From: Elusimicrobiales bacterium
GTDB lineage: Bacteria > Elusimicrobiota > Elusimicrobia > Elusimicrobiales > UBA9959
Reading direction: 5' to 3'
Assembly: GCA_049972095.1 (NCBI GenBank)
Contig: JBMFKQ010000035.1
Location: forward strand, 1 to 16,211
Length of the DNA stretch: 16,211 nucleotides
In this document: one piece after another, positions 1 through 7,667 of the stretch
How positions within the stretch are numbered: the stretch's first letter is position 1
Layout of the letters: the number at the start of each line of letters is the position of its first letter
Position numbers and translations under genes: made by a program
Notes under the pieces: generated by a model
Database searches by the model: none
The model's input: the letters and a program-made list of their open reading frames with translations, nothing else
What the model was told of the DNA's origin: nothing

Positions 1-77
1 AGAAGGGTTTGAGGTTTGCTATAAGAGAAGGTGGATGCACAGTAGGCGCCGGCGTTGTTACAGAGATAATAGAGTGA
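1..77 (+). CDS. tuf: Elongation factor Tu, C-terminal fragment (5' truncated by window edge)
   Basis: Frame from position 3 reads KGLRFAIREGGCTVGAGVVTEIIE* (TGA 75-77), the EF-Tu C-terminal signature. It sits upstream of rpmG-secE-nusG as expected. Confidence 0.96.
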   Translation, partial: KGLRFAIREGGCTVGAGVVTEIIE

Positions 78-86
78 AGAAATATC

Positions 87-251
87 ATGGCCACAAAAGA
101 AAGGATAACCTATACCCTTGTGTGCAGTCAGTGTAAAGGTAGGAATTATTACTATTCAAGAAACAATAAGAAGAGAGATTATAAAGTTGAGATTAAAAAG
201 TACTGTAAAAAGTGTAATAAGCATACACTTCATAAAGAAAGCAAGGCTTGA
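87..251 (+). CDS. rpmG: 50S ribosomal protein L33, zinc-ribbon (CxxC...CxxC) form, 54 aa
   Basis: Translated by hand (not in the ORF track): MATKERITYTLVCSQCKGRNYYYSRNNKKRDYKVEIKKYCKKCNKHTLHKESKA*. Has the RNY and KKYC..C.KHT.HKE motifs and conserved synteny. Confidence 0.96.
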   Translation: MATKERITYTLVCSQCKGRNYYYSRNNKKRDYKVEIKKYCKKCNKHTLHKESKA

Positions 252-261
252 TTTTTTTAAA

Positions 262-333
262 GGGAGCGTCGGTTAAGTGGTAAACCAGCGGTCTCCAAAA
301 CCGCGACTGAGGGTTCGAGTCCTTCCGCTCCCG
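262..333 (+). tRNA. trnW: tRNA-Trp (anticodon CCA)
   Basis: Cloverleaf: acceptor GGGAGCG/CGCTCCC, D stem GGTT/AACC, anticodon stem GCGGT/ACCGC with loop CT-CCA-AA (anticodon 295-297), T arm GAGGG-TTCGAGT-CCTTC, discriminator G333. Typical position between rpmG and secE. Confidence 0.97.
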
Positions 334-381
334 CCCAGGATAATGTTGATAAGCTTTATCTTAAAAAGGTTATAAATTTAG

Positions 382-387
382 TATAAT
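382..387 (+). promoter_or_regulatory. Candidate sigma70 -10 box upstream of secE
   Basis: Exact TATAAT 7 nt before the secE ATG. No convincing -35; the region is AT-rich. Confidence 0.35.
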
Positions 388-394
388 AAAAGTT

Positions 395-610
395 ATGGAA
401 AGGATTATAAGTCTTCCAAAATATCTTGTTAGTTTTATTAAAGAGTCATATGCTGAACTTAAAAAGGTTTCATGGTTTTCAAAACAGGATGTAAGAAGGG
501 CAACTATTGGTGTTTTTGCTGTTGTGCTTTTTTTTGCTGTTTATGTTGGTTTGCTTGATTTTATAATAAGTAGGATTGTGGTGTTTATTATTGGGGCAAG
601 GGGTTTTTAA
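395..610 (+). CDS. secE: Preprotein translocase subunit SecE
   Basis: FIKESYAELKKVSW motif followed by one TM helix (GVFAVVLFFAVYVGLLDFII); located upstream of nusG. Confidence 0.95.
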   Translation: MERIISLPKYLVSFIKESYAELKKVSWFSKQDVRRATIGVFAVVLFFAVYVGLLDFIISRIVVFIIGARGF

Positions 611-616
611 AACGAG

Positions 617-1150
617 GTGATTATGCCATATAGATGGTATGTGCTTAACACCAGAACGGGGTATGAAGAAAAAGTGAAGGAAGCCATATTTAGCAAGAAA
701 GAAAACAATGAGCTTCCGCAGGAAGTTAATGTTCTTATCCCAACTGAAAATGTTCTTTTGGTTAAGAATAACAAAAAAGAGGTCAGGAAGAGAAAATTTT
801 TTCCAGGATACATACTCGTCTATGTAGATCTAAATGAGGACACATATTGGAAGATAAAAACAATAACAGGGGTTACAAGTTTTCTTGGGGGCAGTCAGCC
901 AACACCTCTTAGTGAAGAGGATGTTAATAATCTTATGAATAAGATTGAGGAGACAAGTAAAGAAAATCCAAAACCAGCGGTTGATTTCTATAAGGGCGAG
1001 CTTGTTAGAATAATAGATGGACCTTTCAAGCATTTTACTGGGGTTATTGAAGAGGTTAATCTTCAGAAATCAAAGCTTCTTGTTATAGTTACAATATTTG
1101 ATAGACCCACACCTGTCGAACTTGATTTCCTTCAGGTTGAGAAGGTTTAA
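617..1150 (+). CDS. nusG: Transcription termination/antitermination factor NusG
   Basis: [26 protein letters not shown] motif [32 protein letters not shown]. Start may be GTG 617 or ATG 623. Confidence 0.97.
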   Translation: MIMPYRWYVLNTRTGYEEKVKEAIFSKKENNELPQEVNVLIPTENVLLVKNNKKEVRKRKFFPGYILVYVDLNEDTYWKIKTITGVTSFLGGSQPTPLSEEDVNNLMNKIEETSKENPKPAVDFYKGELVRIIDGPFKHFTGVIEEVNLQKSKLLVIVTIFDRPTPVELDFLQVEKV

Positions 1151-1164
1151 TTAAGGAGAGAACT

Positions 1165-1599
1165 ATGCCATCACCAAAGAAAGTAAAGACCCAAATAAAA
1201 CTTCAAATACCTGCAGGCCAAGCAAATCCTGCTCCTCCTATAGGGCCGGCCTTAGGTCAGCATGGAGTTAATATAATGGATTTCTGCAAACAGTTCAATG
1301 AAAAGACGAAGAATATGGAAGAAGGGATGCCAATCCCTGTTGTTATAACTGTCTATGAGGATAGAAGTTTTACATTCATAACAAAAATGCCCCCTGTTTC
1401 TGCGCTTATAAGAAAGGCTTGTGGAATTCCCAAAGGCTCTGGTGAGCCAAACAAAAACAAGGTTGGAAGAATTACAAAAAAACAGGTTGAAGAGATTGCA
1501 AAACAAAAGATGAGCGATCTTAATACAACCGATATAAACCAAGCTGTGAAAATGGTTATGGGCACGGCAAAAAGCATGGGTGTTGATGTTATTGACTGA
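1165..1599 (+). CDS. rplK: 50S ribosomal protein L11
   Basis: [34 protein letters not shown] and GTAKSMG motifs; SD AAGGAG at 1153-1158. Confidence 0.98.
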   Translation: MPSPKKVKTQIKLQIPAGQANPAPPIGPALGQHGVNIMDFCKQFNEKTKNMEEGMPIPVVITVYEDRSFTFITKMPPVSALIRKACGIPKGSGEPNKNKVGRITKKQVEEIAKQKMSDLNTTDINQAVKMVMGTAKSMGVDVID

Positions 1600-1644
1600 A
1601 TTTTTAGAGATTCAACATAGATGCTTTTAGATTAAGGAGGGAGA

Positions 1645-2346
1645 GTGGGGAAGAGACTTAAAAACATAAAAAGTAAGATAGATCTTAAGAAAAAATATAG
1701 TCTTGACGAGGCTATAAAGATACTCAAAGAGATCGATGGTGCTAAGTTTGATGAGACGGTTGAGCTTCATATAAAACTTGGTATAGATCCTAAAAAAGCA
1801 GATCAGAATATTAGAGGAAGTGTTGTTTTACCTCATGGCACAGGTAAAAGTGTTAGGGTTGCAGTTATAGCTAAGGGGGAAAAGTTGATAGAAGCAAAAA
1901 ACTCGCAAGCGGATCTTGTAGGTTCAAATGAACTTATAGATGAGATTTCAAAAGGAAAGACAGATTTTGATGTCCTTGTTGTCACTCCTGATTTAATGAA
2001 GGATATAGCAAAGCTTGGAAAGATTCTTGGACCCAAAGGACTTATGCCAAATCCTAAAACAGGAACTGTCAGTTTTGATATAGAAAAGACTGTTAAAGAG
2101 ATAAAATCAGGCAGGATAGAGTTTAAAAATGATCCTTCTGGTATAGTTCATACAGTATGTGGTAAAAAATCATTTCCTCAAGAAAAGCTTGTTGAAAATG
2201 CAGATGCTGTTATTGATGCTATACTTAAACTAAAGCCGTCCTCATGCAAGGGGAGATACATAGAGTCTATTCATATATCAACAACAATGGGACCCGGACT
2301 TGAGATTGCTGTTGATAAGTATATCTACGATTTGCGGGAGAAATAA
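1645..2346 (+). CDS. rplA: 50S ribosomal protein L1
   Basis: KFDETVELHIKLGIDP, LPHGTGK, LGPKGLMPNPKTGTV, STTMGPG motifs; GTG start with SD AAGGAGG at 1634-1640. Confidence 0.98.
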   Translation: MGKRLKNIKSKIDLKKKYSLDEAIKILKEIDGAKFDETVELHIKLGIDPKKADQNIRGSVVLPHGTGKSVRVAVIAKGEKLIEAKNSQADLVGSNELIDEISKGKTDFDVLVVTPDLMKDIAKLGKILGPKGLMPNPKTGTVSFDIEKTVKEIKSGRIEFKNDPSGIVHTVCGKKSFPQEKLVENADAVIDAILKLKPSSCKGRYIESIHISTTMGPGLEIAVDKYIYDLREK

Positions 2347-2682
2347 TCGGCTGTTTCTTCAAATCTTCTTGAATAAAGGATGTCCGTAGTAGAAGTCTTT
2401 GTTATATATGTTTTTGCGTTTTTATTCGCTCCATAATCAATAAGTATTTTTATAACATTTCTCTGGTTTCGATATGCTGCAAGAATAAACGGTGTATTCA
2501 TATCAAAATCATATATGTTTGGATTAGCACCATACAGTAGAACTCCTGACTTTAAAGTCGCAAGCTTCACTATTTTTTCAACTTCCTTTTCTTATATTTT
2601 CAACAAGCTTTTCATAAGGTTCAAAAATAACATGAAACAAAAAATGCTATAAAATCAAAGAAGAAGGTAGGATCCTTTTCAT
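2325..2682 (-). pseudogene. Ankyrin-repeat protein, probably degraded (open fragment 2325..2570, broken upstream segments to about 2682)
   Basis: The open fragment has ankyrin motifs (LLYGANPNIYDFDMNTPFILAAYRNQRNVIKILIDYGANKN). Upstream, an ATG overlapping the amylase stop (ATGA, 2682-2679) gives MKRIL; other frames give FIAFFVSC and EPYEKLVENIRKG, separated by frameshifts and stops. Confidence 0.55.
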
Positions 2683-4100
2683 CTCTTTTTTGTCCACACA
2701 GCATATCTTTCTCCACTTGTCTCTAATGTCCAGCCATCTCCTGGCTGCCATCCCCAGCTTTTTCCAAGCTTTAAGGCAACAAGATAATCATCACCTGTTA
2801 TTATAGCTGCATATAGCTCATTATGAGCTGCTTTTATCTGGATAGGGCTTATTGAGCTTATCTTTGCTTTTTTTCTTATCTGTATGAGTTTTTTAATCGC
2901 ACTTTGATAATCCTTACCCCAGTCAAAATAATGCGGCCAGAAAACACATGGCAGTCCGGGGTGAGTGAGTATGTAAGCATATGCCATCATCCTCTGCACC
3001 TTATATTCCAATGATGCATTTGCAATGAAATTTGGATCTCTTGGTGAGGTATCATGATTTTCAACAAATGTTACAGATTTTTGTGGCCACCATCCTATGA
3101 GTCCTGATGGTTTTCCATTATCATTAAGTATCTCATATCTTTCAGTTTCAATTGCAGTTATAAGGTTAAACTTTGTTGTGAAATCAAATGCACTTGATGC
3201 GTTTGGCTTTCCTGGTGAGTCATCAGTTCCATCTATCCAGTTTACAATAATCTGTCTGTTTCCATCATAAATCTCACCAACAGTGAAAAGGGGCGAAGAT
3301 GCATCATTGTAATCCTTTATATGGACTGGTGAATATCCTTTGACCATGTCATATCTCCAACCATCAAATCCTAAATCATATCTCAGCCATCTCATAAAAA
3401 CCTTTGAATCCTCTTTTACAATAGGATTTTTGTGATCAAGATCTCTGCAACCCCAATCACCCTGACCTTCATCATAATTTGGGCTTTTCCCATTATATGG
3501 TTTGTCAGGGAATCCTCTCCACTCATCATCTTGAACAATAACCTCGCTTGGCCAGTCTGGATTTTTAAAGTCATACCAGTCAGTTTTGCCATTTCTGTGA
3601 TTGAGCACAACATCAGCAAGCACATAAATTCCATATCTATGCATCTCGTTTATTGCTTTTCTTAGATAACTCTCATTTCCCCATTGTGAATTGAGGTTAT
3701 ACCATTCTGTTGGATAGTAGCTTCCTATGGATATTGGTGGAAACCATATTATTTCAAAACCACCATCAGCGATCTCTTTTGCCTTGCTTGCAAGCTCACC
3801 CCACCATCCGTTTGCTGGATGATACCAGTAGCTGTCTTTAAACCAATCAAATCCTTGAAGCATTACCATATAGTTTGCTTTTGAGTCAAGCCTTATTATC
3901 TTTGGGGGTTTGAATATTTTAGATGAAAATCTTTCCTTTGCTTTAAGCCAAAGCTCCCTTGCTCTGTCTGATGAGGAAACTTTTGATTTTACCTGTGGAA
4001 CTGATTGTTTGATCTCGTCTGTGATTGTTATGCTATTTTGTGAGTAGAGAAGAGAAATCTGAAAAATAAATATCACCACCATTATTATTCTTTTTTTCAT
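2679..4100 (-). CDS. Secreted alpha-amylase, GH13, plant-type subgroup with C-terminal beta-sheet domain
   Basis: Signal peptide MKKRIIMVVIFIFQISLLYS. GH13 regions I-IV: DVVLNH, GWRYDMVKGY, GEIYD, FVENHD (catalytic D/E/D intact). AYAYILTHPGLPCVFW and C-terminal YAVW. Confidence 0.92.
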   Translation of the reverse strand: MKKRIIMVVIFIFQISLLYSQNSITITDEIKQSVPQVKSKVSSSDRARELWLKAKERFSSKIFKPPKIIRLDSKANYMVMLQGFDWFKDSYWYHPANGWWGELASKAKEIADGGFEIIWFPPISIGSYYPTEWYNLNSQWGNESYLRKAINEMHRYGIYVLADVVLNHRNGKTDWYDFKNPDWPSEVIVQDDEWRGFPDKPYNGKSPNYDEGQGDWGCRDLDHKNPIVKEDSKVFMRWLRYDLGFDGWRYDMVKGYSPVHIKDYNDASSPLFTVGEIYDGNRQIIVNWIDGTDDSPGKPNASSAFDFTTKFNLITAIETERYEILNDNGKPSGLIGWWPQKSVTFVENHDTSPRDPNFIANASLEYKVQRMMAYAYILTHPGLPCVFWPHYFDWGKDYQSAIKKLIQIRKKAKISSISPIQIKAAHNELYAAIITGDDYLVALKLGKSWGWQPGDGWTLETSGERYAVWTKKR

Positions 4101-4245
4101 AATTGCCCCCCTTTTTTAAATCTTCTGTTCATCTACTCCATATCTCTAACATTTTATCAGATAATTTACTCTAATATTTAGTGCCTATTAACCTATGATT
4201 AGTAGTAAAAAGGTCCTATAACGGGAAAGGATATGTTTGATGATG

Positions 4246-4270
4246 AAAAAGCAGAGTTGTTTTCTTGCTT
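4246..4270 (-). terminator. Possible weak intrinsic terminator after purNH
   Basis: Minus strand AAGC-A-AGA(aaacaac)TCT-GCTT followed by TTT; bulged, AT-rich stem. Confidence 0.25.
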
Positions 4271-4278
4271 ATATTTCA

Positions 4279-6375
4279 TTAATGTCGAAAGTGTCTTACT
4301 CCTGTTATTATCATTTTTATCCCAAGCTCTCTTGCCTTTTGTATAACCTCTTCGTCCCTTACAGATCCGCCAGGTTGTATTATCAGGCTTACTCCAAGCT
4401 CCTTTGCCTTTATAACTGAATCAGTGAACGGTAAAAAACCATCAGAAGCCATAACAAGAATCTCGGGCTTTTTGTTAGTTTTAAGATACTCATAGTATTT
4501 GTATCCTGCCATATAAACAGCATCAATTCTTGACATTTGTCCTGCACCAATCCCTACGGTTGAATCTTCACTTGCAAGCACTATTGCATTCGATCTGACA
4601 TATTTGACACATGTGAATGCAAATATTGCAGCATTTTTTTCTCTCTCATCAATCTCACCTCCTACAACATCCCATCTGTCTGAGAGTATTATATTGTCGG
4701 GTTCTGTAATCATTATTTCACTGCCCGCATTTCTAATTATAGGATGATTTCTAATATCCTCTGCCCATTTAAGTATTCTTAAATTCTTTTTCCTTTTCAA
4801 AATCTCAATAGCGCTTTCTTCAAAATCGGGGGCTGATATTATTTCAATAAATTTGCCTGATAAAAAAACTGCAATGTTTTGTGTTATCTTTCTATTAATA
4901 GCTATTATTCCACCAAAGGCTGAGATTGGATCGCATATGTATGCTTTTTCAAAAGCTATTGTTATATCATCATCTGTTGCAATACCGCAGGGTGTTGTGT
5001 GTTTAAATATGACACATGCAGGTTTTTCAAAATCACATACTGCCTGCCAACTTTCATAAGCATCAAGAATGTTGTTATATGAAAGCTCTTTCCCCCAAAG
5101 CTGTTTAAATGGAAGTTTTTTTGATGCTGAATAAAACGAAGCTTTTTGGTGTGGATTTTCTCCATATCTTAGATCAAAGATTTTTTTTGCTGTAATTGAT
5201 ATGAAGTTTTTAAAGGAGAGTTTTTCTGCTATCATAGAGTCATACTCTGCAGTATAAGCAAATGCCTTTGCTGATAAAGATTTTTTTAGTTCATCTGATG
5301 GATTTTCTATCTCTTCAATTACCTTTTGATAATCATCCTTATCACATATAACAATAACATCCTTCCAGTTTTTAGCAGCAGCCCTTAAAAGTGATACTCC
5401 ACCTATATCAATATTTTCCATAAGTTCATCATCAAAGGCATTCATTTTTACTGATGCATTTTTGAAGTCATAAAGATTTACAACTACAATGTCAACTGAA
5501 GGTATGAAAAGTTCATTCATCTCTCTTATGTGTTTTTCATTATTTCTGATTGCAAGTATGCCAGCAAAAATAGCATTGTTCAATGTTTTTACCCTTCCAT
5601 CCATTATCTCATCAAAGCCTGTTATGGATTCTATACCTACACATTTAATACCATTTTCAACAAGCAGTTTGTATGTTCCGGCTGTGCATATGATGAGATA
5701 TCCTTTTGAATTGAGCTTTTTTGCAAACTCAACAGCCCCATCTTTATCTGTAAGGGAGAAAAGAGCGTGTTTAGATGAGGTTTTTTTTGAGCTATCAAAT
5801 ATCACTTTGCCATTCTGGAGTTTTATTATTCCTTCAAATATCATATTAAGAACAAAAGGATAGTAAAAATATTCAAGCTTATGAATTTTTTCCTCTATAG
5901 TTGAAGGAGTATCTTTTGGTGTTATGTTTATAGTTTTTTGAAAAATTATTTTTCCACTGTCATATTCTCTGTCTGCAAAGTGTATTGTTATCCCGCTTAC
6001 TTTTACACCTCTTTCAAAAACTGATCTATGAACATTTTGTCCATAAAAACCCCTCCCGCCAAATGATGGAAGTAATGCTGGGTGGATGTTTATGACTCTT
6101 CCTTCAAACCTTTTTAAAATATTTTCTCCAATCTTTGATAAGTATCCTGCAAGAACAATGAAATCTATATTTCTTCTTTCAAGCTCTTTTATAATCTGGT
6201 GCTCGTCCTTTGTTCTTAAAACAGGTAATAAAAAACCCTCTGCCTTTTTCTCAGCTCCACACCTTCTGTCAGTGATAAGAAATGATATTTCAGATTTAAG
6301 ATATCCCATTTTCTCAAGCTCCACTAAATTTGCAAAGTTAGTTCCATTTCCTGATGCAAAGATAGCTGTTTTCAT
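4279..6375 (-). CDS. purNH: Fused PurN (GAR transformylase) and PurH (IMP cyclohydrolase / AICAR transformylase)
   Basis: First ~190 aa: AIFASGNGTNF, VLAGYL, INIHPALLPSFGG, HFADREYDSGKII (PurN). Remainder: ALFSLTDK, GRVKTL, VVNLY, ENIDIGGVSLLRAAAKN, LRYGENPHQ, KHTTPCG, GIGAGQMSRIDA, ASDGFLPF, IIQPGGSVRD, RHFRH (PurH). One uninterrupted frame; SD AGGAGG. Confidence 0.95.
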   Translation of the reverse strand: MKTAIFASGNGTNFANLVELEKMGYLKSEISFLITDRRCGAEKKAEGFLLPVLRTKDEHQIIKELERRNIDFIVLAGYLSKIGENILKRFEGRVINIHPALLPSFGGRGFYGQNVHRSVFERGVKVSGITIHFADREYDSGKIIFQKTINITPKDTPSTIEEKIHKLEYFYYPFVLNMIFEGIIKLQNGKVIFDSSKKTSSKHALFSLTDKDGAVEFAKKLNSKGYLIICTAGTYKLLVENGIKCVGIESITGFDEIMDGRVKTLNNAIFAGILAIRNNEKHIREMNELFIPSVDIVVVNLYDFKNASVKMNAFDDELMENIDIGGVSLLRAAAKNWKDVIVICDKDDYQKVIEEIENPSDELKKSLSAKAFAYTAEYDSMIAEKLSFKNFISITAKKIFDLRYGENPHQKASFYSASKKLPFKQLWGKELSYNNILDAYESWQAVCDFEKPACVIFKHTTPCGIATDDDITIAFEKAYICDPISAFGGIIAINRKITQNIAVFLSGKFIEIISAPDFEESAIEILKRKKNLRILKWAEDIRNHPIIRNAGSEIMITEPDNIILSDRWDVVGGEIDEREKNAAIFAFTCVKYVRSNAIVLASEDSTVGIGAGQMSRIDAVYMAGYKYYEYLKTNKKPEILVMASDGFLPFTDSVIKAKELGVSLIIQPGGSVRDEEVIQKARELGIKMIITGVRHFRH

Positions 6376-6407
6376 AACATATTCCTCCTAATTTTGTGCA
6401 AACTTTT

Positions 6408-7667
6408 TCATTCTGTTGCAAAGATATTTAAAAGATTTTGAGATAGTTCAAAAACCTCAGCTTCGTATATATCTTTTTTAGAATCATTTATCATTATGCT
6501 TATGCAGTAGTATTTTTCATCCTTTGCTTTAAGAAGCCAATTGAGTGTCAAAACCCCACTCTCCCTTCCCCCTTTAAATCCTCCCCATAGATACCCTCCA
6601 CTTTTTAGATCAAGTCCGGGGTTTAGCGAAAGTATTGCATTTGCAAAGGGATTGTTGATTATTCTAATATGATCCATAAGCAAGCAGATGTCTTTCGGTG
6701 ATGCAAACCAATCAGCTGTGTTTATGAAAGGTGTTGTTGAAGAATCAAGTTTATATGTATTAGTCTCATCATCTTCAAGATATCTGAGCATTTCTCTCTT
6801 TTCATCTGTTGATGCTTGTTGGTATTTTTGGGCAAAGTTTGGTTTCATTTTTATTCTAAATGCCTCCTTGGTTTTTAGAAAGGGTAGGTTGAGAATATAG
6901 TTTGAGTTTTTGTCTTTGATGTAGTGTTCAAGTTTTTGCTTACCTATATAATCTATGAGTATATCAGTGGCAGTGCTGTCGCTTTCAGATATCATGTGAT
7001 ATGCAAGTGTAAAGATCGTTGCAGGTGCTGATTCTGGATATTTATTAATTGTGCTGGAAGAAAAGGATTTGTGATTATGATCAACTCTAACAACCCTATC
7101 CCATCTTTTTTCGTTTTCTGCAAGGTATGAGAGGATGTATAGGGTAAATGCTTGGCCTATTGCAAAACTCTCTTCATCATTGTATGAATAGAGTGTCTTC
7201 TCTATCTGTGTGAGTTTTTTTATAAGTATTGCTTTTTTTTCATAGTTAAGTGATTTGAGTTTTTCAACTATATCTGAGACTGATAGTGTTTTTTTAAAAG
7301 GCGGCCTAAAAGAAAATGATGTTATTCTACCATTTGTGTTTATAGCTATGGTAACAGGTATAATATAGTCTTTTTCTGTGTGAAAAAAGAAATCACCATA
7401 GTTTTCAGTTGTAAAGCTAACCGTTGAGACTTTTAAAACACTTCCTGTCTTTGAGTAGAGATCTTTAAAGATTTTTACGAGTTTTTCTTCACCAATCCTT
7501 TTTATGAGTGATCTGTCAAAGACATATTTAAACTTAACAGGATTTGGGCTTATTCTTGATGATAGTTCCCATGCAGATTTTATAAGTTCTTTACTTGGTT
7601 TTATTTGATTTTCAGATGAATTTAGATTTGCTAAACCTAATAAGGAGATTATTATAATTTTTATCAT
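6408..7667 (-). CDS. Secreted serine beta-lactamase/PBP-fold protein (LpqF/Cpe-like), catalytic motifs degenerate
   Basis: Signal-like N-terminus, an N-terminal accessory domain, then FAIGQAFTLYIL (family pattern AIGSxFKLY), MISESDSTATDILIDYIG (SDNTATD), PFLKTKEAF.IK, WFASPKDIC and GFKGGRESGVL (FKGGSEPGV). ATGA overlap with the purM stop. Confidence 0.75.
   Translation of the reverse strand: MIKIIIISLLGLANLNSSENQIKPSKELIKSAWELSSRISPNPVKFKYVFDRSLIKRIGEEKLVKIFKDLYSKTGSVLKVSTVSFTTENYGDFFFHTEKDYIIPVTIAINTNGRITSFSFRPPFKKTLSVSDIVEKLKSLNYEKKAILIKKLTQIEKTLYSYNDEESFAIGQAFTLYILSYLAENEKRWDRVVRVDHNHKSFSSSTINKYPESAPATIFTLAYHMISESDSTATDILIDYIGKQKLEHYIKDKNSNYILNLPFLKTKEAFRIKMKPNFAQKYQQASTDEKREMLRYLEDDETNTYKLDSSTTPFINTADWFASPKDICLLMDHIRIINNPFANAILSLNPGLDLKSGGYLWGGFKGGRESGVLTLNWLLKAKDEKYYCISIMINDSKKDIYEAEVFELSQNLLNIFATE

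Noticed and set aside
1597..1644. L1 autoregulatory site between rplK and rplA (hairpin TGAATTT-ttag-AGATTCA)
   Set aside because: The stem is weak and I could not match the L1-binding internal-loop consensus.
2570..2682. Stop-codon reassignment to explain in-frame TAG/TGA upstream of the ankyrin ORF
   Set aside because: tuf, rpmG and rplK end in TGA, and the epimerase and thiC end in TAG, at their expected C-termini. Frameshifts would still be needed.
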